Assembly (NCBI GenBank): GCA_039795875.1
Contig: JBDKKY010000001.1
Location: 750 to 64,749 of the forward strand
Length of the DNA: 64,000 nucleotides
Source of the DNA: Candidatus Parcubacteria bacterium
GTDB lineage: Bacteria; Patescibacteriota; Minisyncoccia; Phycocordibacterales; CAIZLB01
Reading direction: 5' to 3'
In this document: one piece after another, positions 51,180 through 61,026 of the stretch
Layout of the letters: every line of letters begins with the position of its first letter
How positions within the stretch are numbered: position 1 is the stretch's first letter
The notes under the pieces: model-generated
Database searches by the model: none
Told to the model about the DNA's origin: nothing
The model's input: the letters and a program-made list of their open reading frames with translations, nothing else
Position numbers and translations under genes: made by a program

Positions 51180-53660
51180 CTAATAACTAACCGCCCCACC
51201 ACCTCCTGGACCCGACGTATCAAGTGCGCCGACACCACTCTCCATCGTGGTTCCAGTAAATGTATCTGTACCACTAATCTTTGGCGCGATGATGATCTGT
51301 GGCGTTGTGCCTTTTTGTGTTAGTGTCGGTGTAAACCCAAAGTCAAAATAGAAATCAATCGGATCTTTACCGATGCCTATGTCAGCCGGGATCTCTCCTA
51401 GTGTCAATGTGATCTCTCGCTTGCCCGAACTGTAGCTCACACCTTTCGCTGGAAGATTTGTACTATACAAATTTTTCCATGTACCGTTTGGAGGTAACTT
51501 AGCAACAAAGACCACATTTTTGACAGTGTTGGCTGAATTGGTTATACGTCCTGTGTATCGATATACAGTTTCTTGATTGACTTCAGCTGGTGACGGACCA
51601 GATATATGTGTCACAAATGATGATAAATTGAGCTCAGTCTGCAATCGTAATTCTCGTGATGTCCCATATGTAATTTCTTCAGGCACACGGTTTTCATTCA
51701 AACGCTTTCCTTTCACAGTGATGGTTAAGTTAGATGTTGCCCGACGCAGAATGCGAACCAAATCATCTCTGCGATTAGACACACTCATACTGAAACTCAG
51801 CTCTCGTGTTTCGCTGGGATTGATGATCTCGAGAGTTGGACTTTCTGCTTTATCCCAAAATAGGGTGTCATCGCCTGATCGATAAAATCCACCATCGGCT
51901 TTGACAGAAGTTCGATCAATCAGAACACCGGCCAGTCGCATTTCCACCACCGCATCTGTAAGTGGCACTTTTAAGTCATTTCTAAAAACGATACTTCCCT
52001 GCAATTGGTCTTCAAACTGCACTGGCTTGTTACCTTCGGCAGAGCCGTTGATCGTCAGAGTTGTGGCCACAAACGGTTTCCGGATAGAGACTTTTTGATC
52101 TTGCGTTGATAGCACAGTTGCCAATTCACCCGTTTTTTCATCGACTACACCCAAAGTAAATCTAAAGTTTTTCTCAAGATTGGTCGTGCCGACCAGAACA
52201 CCTTTCAACTTGATGACTTTTCTACCGAGCGCTTCGATATCACCGATGGCCCAAGCATTGTTATTGGCAACTGGTTTTACATTAGACTCAATCAATTTGA
52301 AACCAAAAGGATAATCTACTTTTAATTGAATATTTTTGATAATCTCGTCTGAGTTTGAGGTGACCTCGATGTCGAAAGCCAATTCCTGATTATTGGTGAT
52401 CTCTTTTACATTGATGATTTTGGCAGTCACCGGAGATCCTGAGATGAAAACACCAACGACTTTTTCTGCATTAAAAATATTATTTGAATCTTCAATATTA
52501 AACTCAAATGAATACCGAACATTTTTCTTCACATTCTCTTCTCCAAAAAATATAGCGCCGACTTTTCTTCGAGCCGTTTCTCCAGGAGCCACCGTACCGA
52601 CATCAATACGCTGATTGTTCAATGACTTAGACGTGTCGGCCGGGTCTTTTGTTCCTTCTGGGAATTGAATCACTAGATCCGATTGGACGAGCTCAGCATT
52701 GTTACGATTGGTAATATCGACATAGAATTCACTCACCTCTCCTGATCGTACAGATACAGGACCGGTGACTGCTATGTCAATTTTATCCGAAGAAATGACA
52801 TTGGTTCCTTTTTGGAAATATACATAAGCGTACCCTAGAGCTCCAACAAAAAATAGAAATATTAACAAAAACATTATTGTGCCAAAACCTACACGCTTTC
52901 TTTTTTCTTGTTTCTGGACTTGTGCCATTTCCTCCTCTTCTCGCTGTTTTGCTTCTGCAATGGCATCTTGAACTTTGGTTGGATTACCAGTATGGTGCAC
53001 AGCAAAGTCCATATCTTCAAGGCGTTTTTGACCCACGGTAAACACCTTAAAATCAGGATGGTACCGATCGGCCTCATTGACCTCCGCCGCCTTAAGTTCT
53101 TCGTTTATTTTGATCTGCTCTGGAGTAGGCTTCTTAACCAGATTTGGATATAGCGTGCTGCCAGTTGCTTTGGCCTGAGCAGCAGCATATGTTAAGGCCA
53201 CTTTTCCTGCAGCCAATTTCTTTTGTATAACTTCTGCTCGATCAGATGAAAATTTTTCACTCAAAAACTCACCGATAGGATTTCGTTTATGTTCTTCTAT
53301 TCTGCGAGCCAGCCCAGTATCGATAGGTTTACTTTTCACATGAGACAGTCGGCGATTTTTTTCTGCGTCTTCAGCTAGACTATAGTGACCATATGCACCA
53401 TATGCTGCAGATCCAAATCCAGGGTCTACTCCATCTGCCTCTTCCTCTGCTATTCTTTTACTCTCCGCCTCTTCAGCAGCGATCTTGGCATCAGTCTCAA
53501 CCCAGGTGTGTCCGACTTTAGTGCTATGCTTGTGTAGGGCTTCTTCTTGAGTGGCACTATGCATTGGACGTGCGTTTGAATACAACTTGCGCTTCAATGC
53601 TTCTATACGCAAAAGTTTATCATTTGTGGAGTCGTCAGGATTAACTTTATTCAAACTCAT
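51180..53660 (-). CDS. large single-pass membrane protein with a ~550-aa extracytoplasmic domain, unknown function
   Basis: 826 aa; charged N-terminal cytoplasmic region, TM FGTIMFLLIFLFFVGALGYAYVYF, Gly-rich C-terminus. Confidence 0.5.
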   Translation of the reverse strand: MSLNKVNPDDSTNDKLLRIEALKRKLYSNARPMHSATQEEALHKHSTKVGHTWVETDAKIAAEEAESKRIAEEEADGVDPGFGSAAYGAYGHYSLAEDAEKNRRLSHVKSKPIDTGLARRIEEHKRNPIGEFLSEKFSSDRAEVIQKKLAAGKVALTYAAAQAKATGSTLYPNLVKKPTPEQIKINEELKAAEVNEADRYHPDFKVFTVGQKRLEDMDFAVHHTGNPTKVQDAIAEAKQREEEEMAQVQKQEKRKRVGFGTIMFLLIFLFFVGALGYAYVYFQKGTNVISSDKIDIAVTGPVSVRSGEVSEFYVDITNRNNAELVQSDLVIQFPEGTKDPADTSKSLNNQRIDVGTVAPGETARRKVGAIFFGEENVKKNVRYSFEFNIEDSNNIFNAEKVVGVFISGSPVTAKIINVKEITNNQELAFDIEVTSNSDEIIKNIQLKVDYPFGFKLIESNVKPVANNNAWAIGDIEALGRKVIKLKGVLVGTTNLEKNFRFTLGVVDEKTGELATVLSTQDQKVSIRKPFVATTLTINGSAEGNKPVQFEDQLQGSIVFRNDLKVPLTDAVVEMRLAGVLIDRTSVKADGGFYRSGDDTLFWDKAESPTLEIINPSETRELSFSMSVSNRRDDLVRILRRATSNLTITVKGKRLNENRVPEEITYGTSRELRLQTELNLSSFVTHISGPSPAEVNQETVYRYTGRITNSANTVKNVVFVAKLPPNGTWKNLYSTNLPAKGVSYSSGKREITLTLGEIPADIGIGKDPIDFYFDFGFTPTLTQKGTTPQIIIAPKISGTDTFTGTTMESGVGALDTSGPGGGGAVSY

Positions 53661-53708
53661 ATGACTCTATTGTAAATGGAAAGCAGTTTATACGCTACTA
53701 TGCAGAAC

Positions 53709-54125
53709 TTAGTTGGTGGCAATTTTAACTTTACGAGCTGTTATGGTTTGACTTGTGGCATCTATCGAACCAGTAACGATGATCTTTTGACCGACTACTA
53801 TATCCTTAAAAGTGGCGGCCAAGCCATTTTTCTCAAACGTTGTATGGCTATTTGTTTGCACATCAATAGATACCGTTTTGGCACCCAGACTATTCTTTCC
53901 TGCTTGAGTAACAAAAGTAATAACCGTGCCATTAATACCTGTCACTGCTCCTACTACGTGGTTGGCCTTATTTTTAATATTCTTAAATTGATCTCTACGA
54001 GAAGCGTGCTCAGCACTACGTGTGATGTGGGCTGCCGCTTGTCCTCCTGATGCAGCAAATGTAGGTCCTCCCACTAAAAGTGATAGAGCGATTGCACCAG
54101 TTACGATGCGTCTTTTGTATTTCAT
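53709..54125 (-). CDS. small secreted protein, DUF5666-like
   Basis: signal peptide, repeated beta-rich G.V..ING..IT/V segments; adjacent to the two-component system. Confidence 0.45.
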   Translation of the reverse strand: MKYKRRIVTGAIALSLLVGGPTFAASGGQAAAHITRSAEHASRRDQFKNIKNKANHVVGAVTGINGTVITFVTQAGKNSLGAKTVSIDVQTNSHTTFEKNGLAATFKDIVVGQKIIVTGSIDATSQTITARKVKIATN

Positions 54126-54220
54126 ATGAAAATTAAGTGATTAGGTTAATTAATACCATCGAATCTTTGCAGTACAGTTACAATAATACGCCCTTGAAAT
54201 GAACTAAAAATGAAGTGGAG

Positions 54221-55189
54221 CTAGACTAGGGGCAAAAAGACTGTCACGGTGGTACCAGAATTGACTTCACTCTGTATGTCAATAGAACCTCTGTGACTTT
54301 CTATAATACGCTTGGCCAATGTTAGGCCAAGACCAGCACCCCCATTGTTGTGAGCCGCATCTCCTTGAAAGAACGGGTCGAAAATCTTGTCCAAGGCCTC
54401 TTTATCTATGCCAATACCAGTATCCCGAATCGTCACTGAATATCTTCGTGTCCGCTTTTGACCTTCTACAGTTACATTTCCACCCTTAGGTGTATATTTG
54501 ATAGCATTGTGGAGTAAGTTCAGAAATACTCGACCGAGCTCCAGTTGATGACCATTAATAGATGCCTCGTCTATTTGACCAGTGTGCAGAACAACACCTT
54601 TCTCTTCCGCCAAACGTGTAATTTTTTGGAGGACCGGATTAAGCACTGCTGTTATCTGTATTGGTGATTGGGTGCCGTGTATATCTGCATCGTATCTTGA
54701 AATATCTAGCAAGTGGTTACTTAGTTTAGAAAGCTCCCTCATCTCAGCCAGGGTGTCGTTCAGGGTTTCGCGGGCATCGTCCATAGTCAGGTTTTTATTT
54801 CGCAAAGCGACTTCGAGCCCAGAAACCATCACCGCAACCGGCGTTCGCAACTCATGAGAAGCGTCAGCCACGAATCTTTTTTGTCTTATCATGTTTTCTC
54901 GGATAGGTCGCAGGGTTCTATTTGCCCAAACAAAACTGATACAAATAACAACCAGCAGAATAACAATATCAATAAATAAAATTCTGTTTAGTAAGACATC
55001 TGACGTACGACTGATAATACTGTTGATGATGCGCGGATCAATAGCATAAATCTTGTCTTGGATAGAGTCACGGAAATCAGCTATCAACAATTGGTAGAGC
55101 AAAAGACTGTAACCGCCAGCCATTACGGCAGCGATCAGAGTGTACATAGCAGTCAGTTTGATACGTACCTTTAGAAAATCGTCTTTCAT
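54221..55189 (-). CDS. sensor histidine kinase
   Basis: two TM helices; H-box FVADASHELRTP; N, G1 and G2 boxes (NLLHNAIKYT, DTGIGI, GGAGLGL). Confidence 0.9.
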   Translation of the reverse strand: MKDDFLKVRIKLTAMYTLIAAVMAGGYSLLLYQLLIADFRDSIQDKIYAIDPRIINSIISRTSDVLLNRILFIDIVILLVVICISFVWANRTLRPIRENMIRQKRFVADASHELRTPVAVMVSGLEVALRNKNLTMDDARETLNDTLAEMRELSKLSNHLLDISRYDADIHGTQSPIQITAVLNPVLQKITRLAEEKGVVLHTGQIDEASINGHQLELGRVFLNLLHNAIKYTPKGGNVTVEGQKRTRRYSVTIRDTGIGIDKEALDKIFDPFFQGDAAHNNGGAGLGLTLAKRIIESHRGSIDIQSEVNSGTTVTVFLPLV

Positions 55190-55197
55190 ATATAGTT

Positions 55198-55863
55198 TTA
55201 TTTTATCTCATAACCAACTCCCCGAACAGTCTGGATTAATTTTCCATTATCCTTCAACTTCTTTCGCAAATTTTTGATGTGTACATCTACTGTATTACTT
55301 AGTGTCAGGTCAGCATAATCCCACGCGTGAGAATACAGTTCATCTCGAGACAGCACTCGTCCTTGGTGACGCAATAGATATTCGAGGACCATAAACTCTT
55401 TGAGCGTCAAAGGTACAGGTTTGCCCTTCAGTGTCACACTGTGACTTGTAGTATTTACACTGATATCTTTGAGGGTCAAAACTTCTGGGGCTGTTTGTTT
55501 TGGTCTTCGGAGTAATGCATGTGCTCGAGCCAGTAGTTCTTCAAATGCGAATGGCTTAGCCAAATAATCATCTGCTCCCGAGTCGAGGCCGACAACCTTG
55601 TCATCTGTGGACGATAAGGCTGTGAGCATCAGTACTGGTACGTGTACTCCCTGCTCTCGCCAATGAAGACATACAGACAATCCATCTTTGCCAGGAAGCA
55701 TGCGGTCCAATATGACCAGATCGTATTCATCTCGATTAACCAAGATCTTCTTTTCGGCAGCCAAACCATCCTCTTCCGTGTCCACTGCAAAACCTTCTTG
55801 AGTTAAGCCTTGCTTAATATTTTTAGCCAATTTGATGTTATCTTCGACAAGTAATATTTTCAT
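55198..55863 (-). CDS. OmpR-family response regulator
   Basis: receiver MKILLVEDN...DLVILDRMLPGKDG plus a winged-helix output domain (GVGYEI). Confidence 0.95.
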   Translation of the reverse strand: MKILLVEDNIKLAKNIKQGLTQEGFAVDTEEDGLAAEKKILVNRDEYDLVILDRMLPGKDGLSVCLHWREQGVHVPVLMLTALSSTDDKVVGLDSGADDYLAKPFAFEELLARAHALLRRPKQTAPEVLTLKDISVNTTSHSVTLKGKPVPLTLKEFMVLEYLLRHQGRVLSRDELYSHAWDYADLTLSNTVDVHIKNLRKKLKDNGKLIQTVRGVGYEIK

Positions 55864-55932
55864 ACTGTTTAGTATAGCTACTTACTAGTGAATACTTCAT
55901 GAAGTTCTCTGTACCCGCAAAAACCTTTGCAA

Positions 55933-56670
55933 TTAAGGACGATATATGATTTTTACCCCTGTGATCAAGCCTTTTGAGATAGTAAATTGGACAGGGTTCT
56001 CACAAGTAACACCGGCATTATATTTTCGATAGTAGGCATCCAGTATGGCAGGGGTTGGATTGTGGCAGATCAAGTACAAGTCATCCATGGTTATTTGTGT
56101 GCTGCTGTTTGAAATCGTGACACTTCCCAATTGCTTGTCTCCTGCGATCACACGAACTGCTGTTGATTTATTTCGTATATACACATATCCATCTGGAAAG
56201 GACCCGATGATACCAGCTCTGCTTTCTGTTTTAGATTGATATGATGCATACAACGCATCAAACTCTATCTCGGTCATTGCCCGTACTCCTTTGACTAAGG
56301 CTGCATATGTGGGATATCGATCTTTCATAATATCCCAATTGAAATTGGGGTTTGTTTCCGCGTCTGCTGCTGCGGCTAGAAAGGCTTCCTTTCCACCGAA
56401 TGATTGGACAAAATCTATAGTAAATGTGAATCGATCTGTTTTTGAAAGATTTCGAATATAACCAGTGTAGGTGCCATTGGCATACTCGCCAAGTGCGACA
56501 CTGTTTTTTGGAACGGCTACGTTTTTCGGAGTGGTTGAAGTAGCAGTGCTTGTGGCTGTCACCATGCGAGGCTCAGGATGACTTGTGGCAATATCATTGT
56601 TACCCCTAGCTACTGCCAGTGAAAGTAGTCCGATGAGAACAATGGCTCCGATGATGATGATTTTTTTCAT
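55933..56670 (-). CDS. hypothetical secreted protein
   Basis: track ORF extends to 56778 and would overlap the next gene; the internal start MKKIIIIGAIVLIGLLSLAV gives a clean signal peptide. Confidence 0.5.
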   Translation of the reverse strand: MKKIIIIGAIVLIGLLSLAVARGNNDIATSHPEPRMVTATSTATSTTPKNVAVPKNSVALGEYANGTYTGYIRNLSKTDRFTFTIDFVQSFGGKEAFLAAAADAETNPNFNWDIMKDRYPTYAALVKGVRAMTEIEFDALYASYQSKTESRAGIIGSFPDGYVYIRNKSTAVRVIAGDKQLGSVTISNSSTQITMDDLYLICHNPTPAILDAYYRKYNAGVTCENPVQFTISKGLITGVKIIYRP

Positions 56671-56713
56671 GAGGCTATTATAGCACGGTGGCAAGGGTGG
56701 GAATGGGGTTGTT

Positions 56714-57220
56714 TTAGGGCTTAGAGCCCTCGGCAATAAGCACATGAATGGCCTCAAATACATCCCTAAACTGGCCATCGTACTTGTTTTCCAACTCGTC
56801 TATCTTTTCTTTAAGTTCAGCATGGGTCAGGAGGAGTTCTCGGAGTTTGGTGAATGTTCTCATGATCTGAATGTTGACCTGTATGGCTCTATCGCTACGA
56901 AGGACACTCGAGAGCATAGCTATGCCTTGTTCGGTGAAGGCAAACGTCGGTCGTTTACGCGTCTTATTTCCAATCCTTACGATCACAAATTGTGATCGTA
57001 AGGATAACCGATCCGAATTATCTAATTTAAACATGAAATCTAAAGGAAATCTGTGAATATTTCTCTTCACTGCTTGGTTTAAGGTTCTAGGCTCAACGCC
57101 ATATAAAATAGCCAGCTCAATGTCCAGCATGACTTTTTGAGCTCTCACAATGTAAATCTTTGTCTGTATAGATTCTGGAATGATTATTAAAGCATTAGAT
57201 TGTTTCTGTTCTTTTGGCAT
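56714..57220 (-). CDS. ORF6N-domain (KilA-N-related) DNA-binding protein
   Basis: VRAQKVMLDIELAILYGVEPRTLNQAVKRNIHRFPLDFMFKL...LRSQF...FAFTEQGIAMLSSVLRSDRAIQVNIQIMRTF matches the ORF6N pattern. Confidence 0.75.
   Translation of the reverse strand: MPKEQKQSNALIIIPESIQTKIYIVRAQKVMLDIELAILYGVEPRTLNQAVKRNIHRFPLDFMFKLDNSDRLSLRSQFVIVRIGNKTRKRPTFAFTEQGIAMLSSVLRSDRAIQVNIQIMRTFTKLRELLLTHAELKEKIDELENKYDGQFRDVFEAIHVLIAEGSKP
56974..57004. promoter_or_regulatory. 31-nt perfect palindrome TCCTTACGATCACA-AAT-TGTGATCGTAAGGA inside the ORF6N CDS
   Basis: read directly; it encodes SLRSQFVIVR of the ORF6N protein. Confidence 0.6.
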
Positions 57221-57298
57221 AAATCCATTAAAACATATGAATCCTCAAGAATCTCTGAAGAACCGATCGAGAAACTTTAAAGATATCCACAGTTCCTC

Positions 57299-57329
57299 AA
57301 CTTGATATCACAAATTGTGATATCAAGTT
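57299..57329. promoter_or_regulatory. second palindrome AACTTGATATCACA-AAT-TGTGATATCAAGTT upstream of the ORF6N gene
   Basis: same 15-nt core ATCACAAATTGTGAT as the intragenic copy, with compensatory changes in the outer arms; sits in the 116-bp gap between the GNAT gene end and the ORF6N start. Confidence 0.6.
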
Positions 57330-57336
57330 CGATCCT

Positions 57337-57906
57337 CTACAACTCCTTCTCCATAATCAACTCGTTATGCCTCTTCCCGTCTCCCATTTTGCAATCCGCT
57401 TCTACTCCGATGTGTGTAAAACCCATTTTCTCGTACATAGAAATGGCAGCATTCTGTCCTTCGGTGACGTATAGCATTATTTTTGTGCCACCCTTCTTTT
57501 TTACTTCGTCTGTAACCATATTTACCAATTGTTTAGAAAATCTTTTACCTCGATATGGGACCGAAGTATACACGGCCATAAGTGCCCAGGATTTTTCATC
57601 CTCGTGCCACCGTCCTCCAGCCACAGAAACCAATTTTCCATCTTCTTCTATGCCTACATAAAAACTTTTTGGATCTGTCAGTCGTTCATGCCAATATTCT
57701 TCTTCTCCATCTATTTCCAATTTAGGATCACCCCAAAAAGCTTGAGGGTCTGTTTGCCACCCCTCTATACGAAGTGCTTTAAGTTTTTGCCAGTCGGTGG
57801 TAGTGAGAATTTTCATGTGATGACAATAATTATACCTTGACCGGTATATTGACAATTTGTTCGCAAAATATCCATGTGGTATGTTTAATGTATGCACCTT
57901 CGTCAT
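57337..57906 (-). CDS. GNAT-family N-acetyltransferase
   Basis: acetyl-CoA site PYRGKRFSKQLVNMVTDEVKKKGGTKIMLYV; the likely true start is the internal MKILTTTDW (about 57816). Confidence 0.8.
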   Translation of the reverse strand: MTKVHTLNIPHGYFANKLSIYRSRYNYCHHMKILTTTDWQKLKALRIEGWQTDPQAFWGDPKLEIDGEEEYWHERLTDPKSFYVGIEEDGKLVSVAGGRWHEDEKSWALMAVYTSVPYRGKRFSKQLVNMVTDEVKKKGGTKIMLYVTEGQNAAISMYEKMGFTHIGVEADCKMGDGKRHNELIMEKEL

Positions 57907-58000
57907 ATCTCCGAGGTGTTCGGTGGCTTTGCTTAGGCATGCCTACCATACACCCTAAGATAACCCATTGGGTGTTCTGGGTTGAAGGGTTCCTGTAGTT

Positions 58001-58291
58001 ATGGAAACAAACACTACACTACCCAATATACTCAAAAACACTCCCGAGCTTCCTGCTCACCGTTTCGGCTACCACACCATGGCCAGCAGATATGGAATCT
58101 CCTACCTCGATGTTTTCGCTACCACCGCCCGTCTTCAAGAGGGTGTTACTGTGGTTGGATGGCGTCGTGAAGGAGAAACTGCATTTATGGTTATGTTTGA
58201 AATGCCGGATGGACAAGAAGTGTTCTTCCACTACTCTGAAAAAATGTTTACTGTCGGACTAATGAAAGACGTCTTCGAGAACAGGAAGTGA
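58001..58291 (+). CDS. hypothetical protein (96 aa), first gene of a GC-richer three-gene block
   Basis: intact ORF, about 48-52% GC. Confidence 0.4.
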   Translation: METNTTLPNILKNTPELPAHRFGYHTMASRYGISYLDVFATTARLQEGVTVVGWRREGETAFMVMFEMPDGQEVFFHYSEKMFTVGLMKDVFENRK

Positions 58292-58388
58292 TACAACCCT
58301 GACGGTGGCCACGTGCTGCCGTTGGGGATTTATTTTGCATTTTTGATAAAGTCGTATAGTATACGAGCAAACAACCCCCCCATCATTC

Positions 58389-59024
58389 ATGGACCTTCCA
58401 ACAGCAATAATCCCAGCAATACAACTCACAGGCAAAGTCGAGTGGGTCGGACTCACCCCTCCACTTGGCAATTCAGCGGCAATCCCACGAAAGAGAATCG
58501 ATGTCTTTCAGGGTCAGGGAGTACAGTACGACAAGCATTGGGGCACACGGACTCTGGATGTGCGCGATGAAGTAGCCCAAGCATTCGGGCTGAAAAAAGG
58601 GCTCGAATGCTTCAACATGCGGCAGTGGAGTGCAGTTTCTGCAGAAGAGGTCGCCTTGATTGCCGCAGACATGGGCATACCCGACATCGAGTCTGGAGAC
58701 TTGGGTGAAAATCTGATCGTCTCGGGTATTCCGAATTTCACCTTGTTGCCACCCGGCACGCTGATTTTCTTCAAAGATGCACGGAAGGATACCCGGACCA
58801 CTATCCTGTGCGTCTATGCTGAGAATCAGCCATGCTACATCCCGGCCCAGATCATCCAAGCAAAAAACAAAGGGGTGCCTGGTTTGGTGGGAACATTTGA
58901 CTCCCACGCCCGCAATCGTCGTGGCCTCGTCGGTTGGACCATGTGTTCCGGCATCATTAAGCCCAATGATACTGTGATCGCCTACGTTCCCGCACAGCGT
59001 CCATACCTTGCTCAGATGGCTTGA
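58389..59024 (+). CDS. MOSC-domain protein
   Basis: GDLGENLIVSGI and surrounding beta-barrel pattern typical of MOSC (MOCO sulfurase C-terminal) domains. Confidence 0.6.
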   Translation: MDLPTAIIPAIQLTGKVEWVGLTPPLGNSAAIPRKRIDVFQGQGVQYDKHWGTRTLDVRDEVAQAFGLKKGLECFNMRQWSAVSAEEVALIAADMGIPDIESGDLGENLIVSGIPNFTLLPPGTLIFFKDARKDTRTTILCVYAENQPCYIPAQIIQAKNKGVPGLVGTFDSHARNRRGLVGWTMCSGIIKPNDTVIAYVPAQRPYLAQMA

Positions 59025-59210
59025 AGAGCCATATTACGAGAGCCGTCCAGGAAACTGGGCGGCGCTTTTTATACTAGACTTCCCAAACCCTCTCGGGTAT
59101 ATTTCGAGTAGAGCTTCGAATAGTTCGAGGCACTTGCAGGCCTAGAAAACCTGTATCACCAAACCCGTGGTTTTACGGTCCGCCGTTTCTCCACACAAGC
59201 ACATATAACA

Positions 59211-59852
59211 ATGCAAACAAATATAACATTAGGGATTCTGGTCCGCCAGACTCCACTAGCTGATACAGAGTGGGAAAAGATAATACTCGACCGACTGGAA
59301 CTGATCAAAGACGACTTACGCCGAATGCCTCTGGAAGTCCTAGGCGACAGGAAGATGCTCGTCGATCAGTTCGGTATCCACAGCCTCGCGACACATCCTT
59401 GTTCACGGGAGAGCGACGGAGATCTATCACTTACGACGAAGGTTATCTTCTCTGAAGAACACCACAGCGAGCATGTATACCCTGAACCAGGAACCAGCGA
59501 TGGGCACGCTATCTCAGCCATTCACAAATTCTGGGGCCTAACTCGCCTTGGAAGGTGGATTACCGTGGAGGTGCATACCATCTACCGCGATGAAGAATCG
59601 CACGCTGGATCCGGACGAATGAAAAAAGCACAAGTCGCGCAACAAGTTTACATTCGTTACTGCGACAACCTTCCCCAATTGTGCACCTTCTGTCACACAA
59701 CTCTACAAAGAGTCTGGAAAAGACTCGGAGAAGTTATCAAAGAGTGTGCTGCATACCGCAAAGGACTGTACGAGGAAGTCCAAGAATGGGCCACACGAGT
59801 CGAGCAAGAAGAAGAGCTGGTTGGGATGATTCCCAACCCTCCCAAGGAGTAA
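59211..59852 (+). CDS. hypothetical protein (213 aa), Cys/His-containing
   Basis: intact GC-rich ORF; no family recognised. Confidence 0.45.
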   Translation: MQTNITLGILVRQTPLADTEWEKIILDRLELIKDDLRRMPLEVLGDRKMLVDQFGIHSLATHPCSRESDGDLSLTTKVIFSEEHHSEHVYPEPGTSDGHAISAIHKFWGLTRLGRWITVEVHTIYRDEESHAGSGRMKKAQVAQQVYIRYCDNLPQLCTFCHTTLQRVWKRLGEVIKECAAYRKGLYEEVQEWATRVEQEEELVGMIPNPPKE

Positions 59853-59876
59853 TATATCACTCCGAAAAACATCCGT

Positions 59877-59908
59877 CCGCGCTGAAATATGCGCGGCGGT
59901 TTTTATTT
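59877..59908 (+). terminator. intrinsic terminator
   Basis: CCGCGC-tgaaatat-GCGCGG then CGGTTTTTATTTATTT. Confidence 0.7.
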
Positions 59909-60305
59909 ATTTAATAACCCTCATCTTCCACTTATCTTTATTTTTTAATAAATCTTTACTGGTGATAAGGTATGTAATCTCAAATCTGTCCTTTCTGGTA
60001 GAGTAGTTTTGAAATTCTATAATAAAGTTATCCAGGATATCTTCTACCGGAACATCTATTTCGATTATCACACCACCCTGTCCTTTTATGTACTGCTGAG
60101 TAATTTTCTTATTATCCGTAAAATATTGCCGTGTTAAAGATTGTATTTTATGTAAATCGATTATGATGTCATTTAACTTTTCAGGATATGCGAGATCTTT
60201 GCCTCGGTGGTTTAAAATCTTTCTCCAACCATCTTTAAATCGATCGTTGAACTCCTCGCTGTGTTCGATGTAATCCTTTGATGTGATGCCTCGATAGAGT
60301 TTCAT
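59907..60305 (-). CDS. hypothetical protein (132 aa), very AT-rich
   Basis: intact ORF at about 33% GC, below the genome baseline. Confidence 0.45.
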   Translation of the reverse strand: MKLYRGITSKDYIEHSEEFNDRFKDGWRKILNHRGKDLAYPEKLNDIIIDLHKIQSLTRQYFTDNKKITQQYIKGQGGVIIEIDVPVEDILDNFIIEFQNYSTRKDRFEITYLITSKDLLKNKDKWKMRVIK

Positions 60306-60330
60306 GTGTTTATATTATCATGGTGGGAGA

Positions 60331-61002
60331 TTACCTCTTACACACCTTGCCCGTCACAAATTCGTACAGTGGACCAGCCATCAAACCCATACCAAATGCC
60401 CACAATAATTCTTCAATCGGGATTTTCCAGACAAATATACCGGATATATTTTTAAGCTTCCACCAGGCATCTATAGCCTGAGGAAAGAGCGTCAAGAAAA
60501 TCAAATAGCAGCTGAAAAAACATATTCCCATCAGGATTCCGCTCATGAGACTGTCCATCAACAAATCTTTTCTATATATAATTATTATAAGAGCGAAAAG
60601 CATAAAAGTGACCATACTCACATATATAGAATTCAATCCTAGGGTGAAAAAGATATTGCCTGCACACAGTGCTAAGATCATCCACATAAAAACTATAGGA
60701 GACAATTTAGTCTTTCGTATATTATAGAGATGCCGACTAAATAACTCCTCATAAATCACGGCGGCGATCCCTCCTATGAAGAAACCGAATAGAAAATCTT
60801 CAATGCCAATGATCCATCCATTAAAAAGCTGCGGGTGCCAATAGTCTTGTAAATACCATACTTCTGATAGTGGTCCGATGAGTCCAAAGATTAGACTCAT
60901 GGTCCACAGTTCTTTTCTCAGATCTTTTCGTAGAAAATAAAACAACAACCACAAGGGCAAAAGAATACACAGGTTGCCGATCAAATAGGCATATTGGTAC
61001 AT
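60331..61002 (-). CDS. polytopic membrane protein of unknown function
   Basis: 223 aa, about 6 TM helices. Confidence 0.5.
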   Translation of the reverse strand: MYQYAYLIGNLCILLPLWLLFYFLRKDLRKELWTMSLIFGLIGPLSEVWYLQDYWHPQLFNGWIIGIEDFLFGFFIGGIAAVIYEELFSRHLYNIRKTKLSPIVFMWMILALCAGNIFFTLGLNSIYVSMVTFMLFALIIIIYRKDLLMDSLMSGILMGICFFSCYLIFLTLFPQAIDAWWKLKNISGIFVWKIPIEELLWAFGMGLMAGPLYEFVTGKVCKR

Positions 61003-61026
61003 GAATAAATTATAGCAAACCTGGCG

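Noticed and set aside
57337-57906. GNAT gene upstream of ORF6N, considered as a GNAT-type toxin of a GNAT/RHH toxin-antitoxin pair
   Set aside because: No small RHH/DUF1778 antitoxin gene precedes it, and its size and motifs fit an ordinary housekeeping-type GNAT; toxin status is unsupported.
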